From positions 1 through 51,134 of the forward strand of contig JBJXGI010000040.1 in the NCBI GenBank assembly GCA_046153645.1: a stretch of 51,134 nt of DNA. Direction: 5' to 3'. This document shows, piece after piece, positions 1 to 9,028 of the stretch; positions within the stretch are counted from its first letter, which is position 1, and every line of letters starts with the position of its first letter. This DNA is from Elusimicrobiota bacterium. Lineage in GTDB: Bacteria; Elusimicrobiota; Elusimicrobia; F11. The notes under the pieces are model-generated. The model was not told where the DNA came from. It saw nothing but the letters and a program-made list of their open reading frames with translations, and did no database searches. The translations under genes and the position numbers were made by a program.

Positions 1-284
1 ACTCCTAATTCAACAACTTCTTTAATTGTCAGTGGCCATAATTGAGACGTGTTTCCTAGTTGAGAAACATAAGAAAAATGTTGATTTTTATTTCTGGTGA
101 CATTTCCTTTCAATGGAGCAATAAGCCCCAATGCAGCTCGCAAAAAAGTCGTTTTTCCTGACCCATTAGGGCCTACAATTCCTATAAAAGAACCCTTGGC
201 GATTTGGCAATTAATATTTTTAAGAATGATTTCCTTTTGATATCCCAAGGTAACTTGGTCAAAGGAAAGAATAACTTCAGTCAT
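1..284 (-). CDS. Metal (Zn/Mn) ABC transporter ATP-binding protein, ZnuC-like; runs off the window edge
   Basis: Not in the ORF track. Manual translation from ATG at 284 gives MTEVILSFDQVTLGYQKEIILKNINCQIAKGSFIGIVGPNGSGKTTFLRAALGL..., with Walker A GPNGSGKT. Starts 4 nt after the SBP stop. Confidence 0.9.
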   Translation of the reverse strand, partial: MTEVILSFDQVTLGYQKEIILKNINCQIAKGSFIGIVGPNGSGKTTFLRAALGLIAPLKGNVTRNKNQHFSYVSQLGNTSQLWPLTIKEVVELG

Positions 285-288
285 AACG

Positions 289-1194
289 CTATTTTAGTGC
301 ATTCAAGATGGTTCGAATATTAAAATCAATTGTATCGATATATGATTTTGTTTCAACATGAGTACCTGGAAACAAAGATAACTCAAGAAGTTTCGCGCCT
401 GTTGAACTGGAAATAAACTCACCCGTTCTTTTTTCATACCATGGATCGGTTAAAATAATTTTTATGTTTTGACTTTTAATGAGATTAATCATCTCTGCTG
501 TGTGTTTTGCATTGGGAGGGATGCCAGGTTTGGGTTCTAACGTTCCCATTAATTCGAATGAAAATCTTTCGGAGAAATAATTCCAGTCTTTATGATAACT
601 GATAAATTTGAGTCCTTTTAACGGTTTTAATGATTGTTCCCATTCATTTATTTTTTCTGTTATGACAGCGGTAAATTTTTTTAGGTTTTCTTTAAAAAGT
701 TCTTCTGATTCTGGTTTAAGTTCAATCAGTTTTTTCGTGATGACTTGAGCGACTTTTAATCCGTTATCGGGATTACTCATGTAATGAGGGTTTCCACCGG
801 GATGAACATCTCCCATGGATCTTGAAGGGTTTTCAACGATTTCGATGGGGGTAATGGCTTGGGAGGCATCTAAAAAACCTTTTTTCCCAGGTTGAATTTT
901 TGAATTCCTTGAACTTGTTATGAGTAAAGGAGCCCAGCCAGTTTCAAGTTCAAGACCGGTTTGAATAAAAAGATCAGCTTTCGTTAGTTTGACAATCAGC
1001 GAGGGTTTAGCATCAACAAAATGAGGGTTTTGATTGGGACGCGCGAGACTTTCAGTTTTAACTGCGTCTCCACCAATGGTTTTGGCAATATCTGCTAAAT
1101 CTGTCGTTGTGGTAACAACGTTGAGAGGGTTCGATGCATCAATAAGGTTCTGATAAATGCAAAGGCTTAGCAAAAGAAAAATGATTCTTTTCAT
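289..1194 (-). CDS. Metal ABC transporter substrate-binding protein (ZnuA/TroA family)
   Basis: Signal peptide, then VVTTTTDLADIAKTIGGD, NPHF, GDVHPGGNPHY, YHKDW and EPKPGIPP motifs typical of cluster A-I SBPs. Confidence 0.92.
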   Translation of the reverse strand: MKRIIFLLLSLCIYQNLIDASNPLNVVTTTTDLADIAKTIGGDAVKTESLARPNQNPHFVDAKPSLIVKLTKADLFIQTGLELETGWAPLLITSSRNSKIQPGKKGFLDASQAITPIEIVENPSRSMGDVHPGGNPHYMSNPDNGLKVAQVITKKLIELKPESEELFKENLKKFTAVITEKINEWEQSLKPLKGLKFISYHKDWNYFSERFSFELMGTLEPKPGIPPNAKHTAEMINLIKSQNIKIILTDPWYEKRTGEFISSSTGAKLLELSLFPGTHVETKSYIDTIDFNIRTILNALK

Positions 1195-1217
1195 ATGTAT
1201 TTCCTTTTTTTATAAAA

Positions 1218-1245
1218 ATCCCCCCAAACAAATGTTTGGGGGGAT
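1218..1245 (-). terminator. Intra-operon GC-rich hairpin with T-tract on the minus strand
   Basis: Perfect 13-bp inverted repeat atccccccaaaca-aa-tgtttggggggat, followed by ttttat on the minus strand. Confidence 0.65.
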
Positions 1246-1257
1246 GAAGAGGGTCAC

Positions 1258-2439
1258 CTAGAACGGATGTGCGCCGTGAGGACCCATCACAATAGTCCAT
1301 TGTAAATAACCAATGTGTTCTCTGCTTTCAGCATTACCACGAGGGAGATGTTTATATTGGTATTGAATTCGGTAACGACTGAATTCCGTGCTGGCAAAGG
1401 TTAAAAATGGTGATACAGCTCTTGTAACGAGAAGTTCGTCTCGATCATTTGGATCTTCTAAATAATCGCCTCTAAGACCCATTTTCCATCTTTGGGCAAA
1501 CTGATATTCAACATATGAGTATCCAGCATATCTTTCCACTTCTGCTTTATTTTCTGAGAGATTTCCTAGTAAATCAGATGTTTCTATTAGATTTTTTTTC
1601 GAGTAAAGCGCTTCTGTTCTCCAGATGAGCGATTGAGGAGAATTTTGCCCAGCGGGCTTTAAACGGAAAGTCAAATCAATACTGCCCAATTTTGTTTGAT
1701 CTGAATCTTTTGGTTGATACAGAGCACCTGAAAACCCAAGGTCAATATTTGAATTTTCACTGATATCTTTGAAAAAGCGAATTTTGGCAACATGGGCAAA
1801 GTCACGTAACTTCCTATTTTTGTTTTCTTCTGTTTCTTCTTTGACTGTTACAGAAACAGTAGATCCATTTACATCTAGGAAATCAGTGGTTAATTCTCTT
1901 GGTTCTTCTTCTGCTCCAATTCCATTCAAGAAGGCATACGAGGTTTCGGTGAAGAGTCCAAGTGGGGTAAAGATGCGACTAATTTCAACTCCTGTATCTT
2001 TCAGGCCTTCTTCGCCAAGAAAATGTTCAATGGCCAATGGGGTATCTACAAAAGGAAGCTCATGAGTATGAATCATATTAAGTCTTCCAAAGTTGGGAAG
2101 AAATTTTCCTCCGCGAAGCTGAAAACCGCCTGGCAGAGAGAGTAATGTAAGATACCCTTCTTCTAACTCAAATGATTCTCCATTGGGAAGGGCAAAGTAA
2201 AAATCCGCCCGTGTATGGGGGTCGATTTCAGACTGAATTGCCAATTCCACTTCTCTCATGGAAAAATCATTTTGTTGTTTTGGGCCCGTTTGGTAAACAA
2301 AGTCTCCAATAAGGCTTATTTTCGGATTTAACGCATTTGACATCCGGGTGCGCAGCCAGGCCGCTGAATCTTCAGCATGAATTTGTGACGTTACAACGAG
2401 CGCAAACAGCAATACAAATAAATATTTGAATCTTTTCAT
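1258..2439 (-). CDS. Outer-membrane beta-barrel protein associated with metal uptake
   Basis: Signal peptide, NPKIS..GDF, EVELAIQSEIDP, FGRLNMIHTH and C-terminal GPHGAHPF; amphipathic beta strands; lies in the metal ABC operon. Confidence 0.75.
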   Translation of the reverse strand: MKRFKYLFVLLFALVVTSQIHAEDSAAWLRTRMSNALNPKISLIGDFVYQTGPKQQNDFSMREVELAIQSEIDPHTRADFYFALPNGESFELEEGYLTLLSLPGGFQLRGGKFLPNFGRLNMIHTHELPFVDTPLAIEHFLGEEGLKDTGVEISRIFTPLGLFTETSYAFLNGIGAEEEPRELTTDFLDVNGSTVSVTVKEETEENKNRKLRDFAHVAKIRFFKDISENSNIDLGFSGALYQPKDSDQTKLGSIDLTFRLKPAGQNSPQSLIWRTEALYSKKNLIETSDLLGNLSENKAEVERYAGYSYVEYQFAQRWKMGLRGDYLEDPNDRDELLVTRAVSPFLTFASTEFSRYRIQYQYKHLPRGNAESREHIGYLQWTIVMGPHGAHPF

Positions 2440-2559
2440 TTTAAACTCCTAATTTCTAGCTGTCCCATTTCATTATTAAAATTATTGATGGGACAAATAC
2501 CGTCGACATATCGAAATGACGACATTTATTTTAAGTTTGGGTATGACGTTTTGTTTTAC

Positions 2560-2841
2560 TTAGGCAAGAACAGAAGCAGGAGGGGCGCGAGAATTGTTGA
2601 GGATTTTAATTTTCGAAACAGCTTTGAAGATTGAAGAAATTAGTATCTGATCTGATGGTAAAAGGACCGGAGCGTAAGAAAATGGGGTGAGGCCATCTAT
2701 GTTTTGTGTGATTAAACAAATTGAACATTCGTGGTTTGCCTGGTGTTTTACGTCATGTGACAATGACACCAAATGGAGTTGGACGCCAAAAAAGCCTAAA
2801 AGGGAAGCGGCGAGCGCAATTTTTTTGAGATGTCTAAACAT
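2560..2841 (-). CDS. DUF2946-like small protein with N-terminal hydrophobic segment, His-rich/CxxC region and C-terminal RAPP (putative regulatory leader)
   Basis: Hydrophobic N-terminus, HDVKHQANHECSIC, and SRAPPA five residues from the C-terminus; directly upstream of the metal import genes. Confidence 0.75.
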   Translation of the reverse strand: MFRHLKKIALAASLLGFFGVQLHLVSLSHDVKHQANHECSICLITQNIDGLTPFSYAPVLLPSDQILISSIFKAVSKIKILNNSRAPPASVLA

Positions 2842-2908
2842 GATGTTGGCTTTAATAGCTTATTTTTTCGAAATAGAAAAGAATTTAAATTGATAACATA
2901 CCAAATAC

Positions 2909-2987
2909 CGTCATTCCTGAATGTCGTTATTGGGAATCTATCTTTTGTTAAAGTTTAGATCCCCGATAGAAAATTTCCGGGATGACG
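2909..2987. repeat. Palindromic intergenic element (GTCATTCC...GGGAATCTA...TAGATCCCCG...CGGGATGAC type)
   Basis: Nested inverted repeats: cgtcattcctga with tccgggatgacg, and gggaatcta with tagatcccc. Confidence 0.6.
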
Positions 2988-3008
2988 ATTTTATTTGCGA
3001 GGTTTTCT

Positions 3009-3788
3009 ATGAAATTAAAATGTTTTTTCTCTATAACTTTTATTCTTTTTCCAGTTTTGATTCATGCCGAAATTAAAACCGAAGTGGTTCAATATAAACA
3101 TGCGGGGGCCACTCTAAAAAGTTTTATGACTTATGATGATTCCATTAAAGAAAAGCGCCCCGGTATCTTAATTGCTCCCGAATGGTGGGGACTTAATGAT
3201 TATCCCAAGAACCGAGCTAAACAATTGACCGAGCTTGGATATGTGGTTTTGGCCATTGATATTTATGGCGAGGGGAAAATAACCCAAGACCCCAAAGAGG
3301 CGGGTCAACTTTCTGGTTTTTATAAAAACGATCGATCTCTACTGCGCGGAAGAGTTCTGGCCGGACTCAATGCGCTTAAAAATTCTAAAAAAGTGAATTC
3401 TTCTCAGGTGGCGGCGATCGGTTATTGTTTTGGGGGAACCTCTGTCCTCGAATTAGCGCGTTCGGGCGCTGATGTGAAAGGTGTTGTTAGTTTTCATGGA
3501 GGGTTAGATACACCTCAATTGGCTGATGCTAAAAATATTAAAGCCAAAGTGTTGGTTCTTCACGGCGCCGATGATAATTTTGTTCCCCAAGATCAAATTT
3601 TAGCTTTTCAAAAAGAAATGAAAGATGCCCAAGTCAATTGGCAGATGAATTATTACAGTAATGCGGTTCACACCTTTACCAACCCTAATGCGGATGAATA
3701 TAAAATTCCGGGTGTGGCATATAACAAACAAGCCGATGAGCGAAGCTGGAAAGCAATGCTGCAATTTTTCGATGAGATATTTAAATAA
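3009..3788 (+). CDS. Dienelactone hydrolase family protein, probably exported
   Basis: PEWWGLND, GYCFGG nucleophile, VSFHGGL, HGADD and HTFT motifs. ATG 3009 follows a GAGG RBS; the ORF-track ATG at 2982 lies inside the palindromic element. Confidence 0.9.
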   Translation: MKLKCFFSITFILFPVLIHAEIKTEVVQYKHAGATLKSFMTYDDSIKEKRPGILIAPEWWGLNDYPKNRAKQLTELGYVVLAIDIYGEGKITQDPKEAGQLSGFYKNDRSLLRGRVLAGLNALKNSKKVNSSQVAAIGYCFGGTSVLELARSGADVKGVVSFHGGLDTPQLADAKNIKAKVLVLHGADDNFVPQDQILAFQKEMKDAQVNWQMNYYSNAVHTFTNPNADEYKIPGVAYNKQADERSWKAMLQFFDEIFK

Positions 3789-3791
3789 AAC

Positions 3792-5684
3792 ATGGTTACT
3801 TTAAGTTCCACTGATGCGCTAAAAGATTTGCGGGTTGCCTCCTTAGAATCCAGAAAAGAATCTGAACTGCGTGAAAAGATAAAAGCGCTTAAAGGTGAAT
3901 CTTTTATTGTTCCAGGTGTTCGTCAGGTGAAATTGTTGTCGGCGCCTGAAAATATTCAATTCTTTGAGCGACTAAAAAATAAAGAATTTCATTTGTTGGT
4001 TTTTCTCACCCCCAGTGGCGCTCGCATTTTTGGTGAAATGTTTAACGGTGATTTATCCTCTATTTCAGTGGTTTCTAGGGGCCCCAAAACAACCGATGAG
4101 TTAACACATTCAGGTCTTTCAGTTTCACATCCTGTTTTAAATACTTGGCGAGATATTCTGAAATATATCGATGGGGCTATCGATATTAAAAATAAAAAAG
4201 TGGCTGTTGTGGAATCAGGTGATGCCAACCGACTCTTCGCGGCGGAACTAGACGCCAGAGGAGCCGAAGTTATTTCAGTTTCTTTTTACAAAGCCGCTCT
4301 ACCGGAAGATGTTGTCCCCATTAAAAATCTGATTCATGATGTTATTTATCAGAAAATAGACATTTTTCTGTTTACGACCGGCACCCAAGTTGAAAATTTG
4401 TTTTCTGTGGCCCGCCAAGAAGGAAAAGCTCAAGAATTAAAACACGCACTTAAAAATATTGTTGTGGGTTCCATTGGACCATCTTGTTCGAATGTTATTA
4501 GGCGATTTGGCGTGTCTGCCGATATCGAATCTTCTGATTTAAGTTTAGAGGGGCTTCTTCATCATGTGGCTCAAAACGCTCAAACATTATTAAAAGAAAA
4601 AAAAGAAAACCCATTTCTTTCCATACAATTGGAAATTTCTAAAAATAAAATTCAAGATGAGCTTTATAACAGTTTATTCTTAAAGGCATGTAGGCGAGAA
4701 AAAACAGAACGAACCCCGCTTTGGCTCATGCGTCAAGCCGGTCGCTACATGAAAGAATATCGGGAACTCCGGGCCAAAGTGTCATTTATGGATTTGTGCA
4801 AAAATTCTGATTTAGCGGCGGAAGTAACGGTGGACGCCGCGCACCGTTTAGGTGTTGATGCCGCTATTATTTTTTCTGATCTTCTCCTTCTTGTTGAACC
4901 ATTGGGATTTGAGTTGTCTTACGGTAAAGATCAAGGCCCTGTGATTGCTAATCCATTTCGAGACGAATCTCATTTAAAAACAATCAAACCTGTTCAGGTG
5001 GATGAATCAATGGGATATGTATTTGAAGCTATTTCGAAAACGCGAAAGGCATTAAAAGGAAATATTCCGCTCATTGGTTTTGCAGGCGCACCTTTTACCA
5101 TGGCTTCTTACATTGTTGAGGGGAAGGGATCGCGCAATTTTGTTGAAACAAAAAAACTCATGAATAATAAAACGAATTTATGGAATACACTTCTTAAAAG
5201 CATCACTGATTCAACACTGGACTACGTCAATGGGCAAATTGATGCAGGCGCGCAAGTTATTCAAATTTTTGACAGTTGGGTCGGATGTTTGTCACCTGAA
5301 GATTTTCGATCTTACGTTTTTCCTGAAACCAAACGACTCATTAGTGGAATTAAACCGGGTGTTCCCGTTATTTATTTTGGTACTCAAACCAACGGTCTTT
5401 TACCCATTATTAAAGAATTAAAAAGCGAAGTGGTGGGTGTTGATTGGAGAATTGAGCTGGATGAGGCTTGGGATCTTCTCGGTAACGTGGCCATTCAAGG
5501 AAATTTAGATCCGGTTCATTTGTTTTCTAGGCCGGAAGTGATTAAAATCCAGGCCAAGCGAATTTTAAATCAAGCGGCCGGTCGGCCTGGTCATATCTTT
5601 AATATTGGGCATGGCATTTTGCCTGAAACACCGATTGAAAATGTTCATACGCTCATCCATTTTGTTAAAGAGTTTAAAAATTGA
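3792..5684 (+). CDS. hemE: Fused uroporphyrinogen-III synthase (HemD) / uroporphyrinogen decarboxylase (HemE)
   Basis: N-terminal ~270 aa are HemD-like (SRGPKT, FTTGTQV, SIGPSCS). C-terminal part has PLWLMRQAGRY, IIFSDLL, GFAGAPFT, QIFDSW, QGNLDP and HIFNIGHG. Confidence 0.9.
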   Translation: MVTLSSTDALKDLRVASLESRKESELREKIKALKGESFIVPGVRQVKLLSAPENIQFFERLKNKEFHLLVFLTPSGARIFGEMFNGDLSSISVVSRGPKTTDELTHSGLSVSHPVLNTWRDILKYIDGAIDIKNKKVAVVESGDANRLFAAELDARGAEVISVSFYKAALPEDVVPIKNLIHDVIYQKIDIFLFTTGTQVENLFSVARQEGKAQELKHALKNIVVGSIGPSCSNVIRRFGVSADIESSDLSLEGLLHHVAQNAQTLLKEKKENPFLSIQLEISKNKIQDELYNSLFLKACRREKTERTPLWLMRQAGRYMKEYRELRAKVSFMDLCKNSDLAAEVTVDAAHRLGVDAAIIFSDLLLLVEPLGFELSYGKDQGPVIANPFRDESHLKTIKPVQVDESMGYVFEAISKTRKALKGNIPLIGFAGAPFTMASYIVEGKGSRNFVETKKLMNNKTNLWNTLLKSITDSTLDYVNGQIDAGAQVIQIFDSWVGCLSPEDFRSYVFPETKRLISGIKPGVPVIYFGTQTNGLLPIIKELKSEVVGVDWRIELDEAWDLLGNVAIQGNLDPVHLFSRPEVIKIQAKRILNQAAGRPGHIFNIGHGILPETPIENVHTLIHFVKEFKN

Positions 5685-7054
5685 ATATTTCTTTAGATCT
5701 TCTTAAAAAATATAACGTTCAAGGGCCTCGGTACACGTCGTACCCGCCGGCCCCATCTTGGTCAGCAGGTGTGGGCGTCAAAGAATACGAAGACTTTATT
5801 CAAAAAAGTAATGCTTCTCAGAACCCGGTTCCACTTTCGCTTTATTTCCATTTACCTTTTTGTGAATCGCTTTGTTATTTTTGTGGATGCACCACCGTCA
5901 TCACCGGAAAAAATAGATCTGCCGAAAACCCTTATTTACAGCATCTGCATACTGAAATAGAACGATTGGGAAGTAAGATAAATAAAAATCGACCGGTTGT
6001 TCAATTTCATTTGGGTGGGGGAACACCCACTTATTTAGAACCTCAAAATTTAGAGGCTCTCTTAAAAAGAGTTCGTCAGTTTTTTGCCATCGACCCTGAT
6101 TGTGAGATGGGGGTAGAAATTGACCCACGCGTGACCAACAAAAAGCACTTAATGGTGTTAAAAAATATGGGGTTTAACCGTCTTTCCATGGGTGTGCAAG
6201 ATTTTAATCCAGAAGTTCAAAAAGCGATTAACCGAATTCAACCATTTGACTTAACCAAGGCTCTCGTTGAAGAGGCGCGTGTTCTCGGGTTTAAAAGTAT
6301 CAATATTGATTTAATTTACGGTCTTCCTCATCAAACAGAAAATTCTTTTTCTGAAACCATCAATCAGATTTTGGATATTCAACCCGACCGTTTAGCGGTT
6401 TATTCCTACGCTCATGTACCCTGGATGAAAAAACATCAAGAACTTTTTGCTGCTCATTTGCCAAATGAAAAAACAAAATTTTCACTTTTACTTCTGGCCA
6501 TGAAAAAGTTTTCTCAAGCTGGGTTTGAGTATATTGGTATGGATCACTTTGCTAAACCCAATGATGAACTAGCGGTAGCTCGAAAAAACCGTACCCTTTG
6601 GAGAAATTTCCAAGGCTATACAACCAAGGCGGGGACTGATCTTTTGGGTTTGGGAATGAGTTCGATTGGCTGTGTGAATGGCGCTTTTTTTCAAAATGAG
6701 CGGGAACTAAAAACCTATCAAGATGCTATTTCAGGCGGGCGGTTGGCCACAGTGAGAGGTTTCTTGCTTTCCAAAGACGATAAGTTAAGATCGAGAGTCA
6801 TTCAAAGTCTTTTGTGTCACGCGCATGTATCAAAAGCCGAAATCGAAAGAGATTTCCAAATTAAATTCGATGAATATTTTTCAAATTCTCTCATTGCATT
6901 AGAACCGTTGGTTAAAGATGGTTTGCTTAATATAACGAAAGAAGAAATACAGCCAACGAATGTTGGCCGGGTGTTTTTAAGGAATATTGCCATGCCATTT
7001 GACGCCTATTTACCAAAAGAGGGAGAAAAACGCGTTTTTTCTAAAACAGTTTAA
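5681..7054 (+). CDS. hemN: Oxygen-independent coproporphyrinogen III oxidase
   Basis: GPRYTSYPPA, radical-SAM HLPFCESLCYFCGC, GGGTPT and RNFQGYTT. Confidence 0.95.
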   Translation: MNISLDLLKKYNVQGPRYTSYPPAPSWSAGVGVKEYEDFIQKSNASQNPVPLSLYFHLPFCESLCYFCGCTTVITGKNRSAENPYLQHLHTEIERLGSKINKNRPVVQFHLGGGTPTYLEPQNLEALLKRVRQFFAIDPDCEMGVEIDPRVTNKKHLMVLKNMGFNRLSMGVQDFNPEVQKAINRIQPFDLTKALVEEARVLGFKSINIDLIYGLPHQTENSFSETINQILDIQPDRLAVYSYAHVPWMKKHQELFAAHLPNEKTKFSLLLLAMKKFSQAGFEYIGMDHFAKPNDELAVARKNRTLWRNFQGYTTKAGTDLLGLGMSSIGCVNGAFFQNERELKTYQDAISGGRLATVRGFLLSKDDKLRSRVIQSLLCHAHVSKAEIERDFQIKFDEYFSNSLIALEPLVKDGLLNITKEEIQPTNVGRVFLRNIAMPFDAYLPKEGEKRVFSKTV

Positions 7055-8034
7055 TGTTAACCGATAAAGCCATTTTGTTGCTTAATTTAGGCGGCCCAGA
7101 AAATTTATCTGAGGTGAAACCTTTTTTATACCGCCTCTTTTCTGATCCCGAAATTATTCGAATTCCTTTTACGCCCTTACGTCAATTGGTTGCTTGGGCG
7201 ATTTCTACTTCTCGATATAAAAAATCTCTAAGTCTCTATGCTTCTGTTGGTGGCGGCTCTCCCATTCGAAAATGGACAGATTTACAAGCTAAGTTATTAG
7301 AAGAAAAACTCCAAAAAGAAGGGAAAAATATTTTGGTTCGCACCGCTTTTAATTGTTCTAACCCTCTGGTTGAAGATGTAATTGAACAGCTTTCTAAAGA
7401 AGGCATAAAAACGTTTTTTTCGCTTCCTCTATATCCTCAATATTCACTGACCACTACCAAGGGTTCATTGGAGCGAGTGAGAGCGGCCGTTAAAAAAATT
7501 AACCCGCAAGCGAAGCTTGTTGAAATGTGCTGTTACCCTGAAGAAGAAAAGTTTATTAAAGCGCATTCAGATTTGATTCGAAAAGAGTTAGAAAACTTCT
7601 CTGGACCAAATAAAAATATACCCTTTTTGCTTTTTTCCGCACATTCTATTCCAGAAAAGTTAGTCACAAAAAATGGTGACCCTTATAAAGAGCAGATTGG
7701 AAAGTCAGTCAATGCGATTATTAAAGATTTAAATTGGGAGGGCCCTTTTGGCATTTCGTGGCAATCAAAATTGGGCCCTGTGAAGTGGCTTGAGCCTTCT
7801 ACAATAAGTGAAATTCAACGACTGGGGAAAGAGAAATGCGAACAGCTCTTGGTGATTCCTATCGCCTTTGTGACCGATCACATTGAAACCCTTCATGAAA
7901 TTGACATTGATTTTAGAGAAGAAGCAGAGCACGTCGGTATCGAAGAATTCCGCCGCACCCCCGGCCTCAACGACCATCCGCTATTTATCGAAGCCCTCCG
8001 AGATATTTCCATTCGACAAACTGATTTCTGGTAA
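7054..8034 (+). CDS. hemH: Ferrochelatase
   Basis: LLNLGGPE, GGGSPI, PLYPQYS, FSAHSIP, WQSKLGPVKWLEP and FVTDHIETLHEID. Confidence 0.95.
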   Translation: MLTDKAILLLNLGGPENLSEVKPFLYRLFSDPEIIRIPFTPLRQLVAWAISTSRYKKSLSLYASVGGGSPIRKWTDLQAKLLEEKLQKEGKNILVRTAFNCSNPLVEDVIEQLSKEGIKTFFSLPLYPQYSLTTTKGSLERVRAAVKKINPQAKLVEMCCYPEEEKFIKAHSDLIRKELENFSGPNKNIPFLLFSAHSIPEKLVTKNGDPYKEQIGKSVNAIIKDLNWEGPFGISWQSKLGPVKWLEPSTISEIQRLGKEKCEQLLVIPIAFVTDHIETLHEIDIDFREEAEHVGIEEFRRTPGLNDHPLFIEALRDISIRQTDFW

Positions 8035-8072
8035 GGAGCTTGAATGCTCCTCTCCATGTTTTTTCAATGGGG

Positions 8073-8251
8073 AGATTGGCCCGCATCTTCTATTGAATGT
8101 TGAAATACGGGCAGGATTTTGTTGACATTGGATTGGAAACTTACGAGCAGAATTATCGCGATCGAGAAGTGAAGAACTTAAAAAAACGGGCAACTGAACT
8201 TGGCTTCCAACTCGTTCCCGTTCAAGGAGTTTCAGGTTAGTTTCTTAAGAG
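8073..8251 (+). pseudogene. IS110-family transposase C-terminal remnant with right end
   Basis: Manual translation RLARIFY*MLKYGQDFVDIGLETYEQNYRDREVKNLKKRATELGFQLVPVQGVSG* (stop 8238-8240) resembles IS110 C-termini; followed by a short tail tttcttaagag. Confidence 0.7.
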
Positions 8252-8262
8252 ATGCCGACACT

Positions 8263-8832
8263 TTATTCTACGGGATACACTGATCGAAGATTATTATTCT
8301 CGTCTGTAAGCAGGTACTCCTGAAATCTAGTTGGTTGTTTCGCCCAAAGGAAATTTCCGATTCTATAGAGTTGTCCTTTACTAATGCATGAGCCGTTGAT
8401 CTGCCGCTCCCCATCTTCACATCCTGGTTTTTCACCACAATCAATGCATGGCGAATGTTTGTGCTCAAAAGAACCATCTGCGTTAATTTTCATGGTAAAC
8501 CAATAATCCCCTCTGCCACCTTCAACTGTCTGGGCTTTCCATGAATTAACTTTCTGAAACCGTGATCGATATCCCAACGCTTTATCAGGTAGCCACCCAG
8601 TTTTCCCAACAAAGGAAGCCATCTTGATTTTCGTCCACTCGCCCCTTTTTTCCAACACCCAAACTTCGTCTCCGGCGGATAGCTTTGTCTTTAACTCTAA
8701 TGGATCTGAGGGAGAAATCCGCAGAGGAACTTCGGCTATTTCCACGATTGGGACTTTTTCTGGCGTGGTTTTCTCCGCTGCTCTTGCGGCCAAGTTGCAT
8801 GCAAGCAATAAGCCGAATATATATTTAGGCAA
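8263..8832 (-). CDS. Exported SH3-domain protein with Cys-rich C-terminal part
   Basis: Signal peptide; LRISPS...LSAGDEVWVLEKRGEWTKI...KTGWLP is a bacterial SH3 pattern; GGGAGG RBS. Confidence 0.7.
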   Translation of the reverse strand: MPKYIFGLLLACNLAARAAEKTTPEKVPIVEIAEVPLRISPSDPLELKTKLSAGDEVWVLEKRGEWTKIKMASFVGKTGWLPDKALGYRSRFQKVNSWKAQTVEGGRGDYWFTMKINADGSFEHKHSPCIDCGEKPGCEDGERQINGSCISKGQLYRIGNFLWAKQPTRFQEYLLTDENNNLRSVYPVE

Positions 8833-8852
8833 TTGGCCTCCCTAAGGCATCT

Positions 8853-9028
8853 AGATCGTATGATGAAAAAAGAGCGTGCAATACCGATAAAATAAAGTTG
8901 GAAGAACAAAAACTCAATGGGGAGGTTACACGCTTATGAAATACTATCTTGGAATCGATTATCATAAAAAGTTTTCCTTCATCGCCCTCATCGATGAACA
9001 AAGAACAATAATTCGTGAGGGACAGTGA
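8853..9028 (+). pseudogene. IS110-family transposase N-terminal remnant with left flank
   Basis: GGGAGG RBS, then ATG 8936: MKYYLGIDYHKKFSFIALIDEQRTIIREGQ*, carrying the first catalytic motif (GIDxHK) of the DEDD RuvC-like domain; truncated. Confidence 0.7.
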
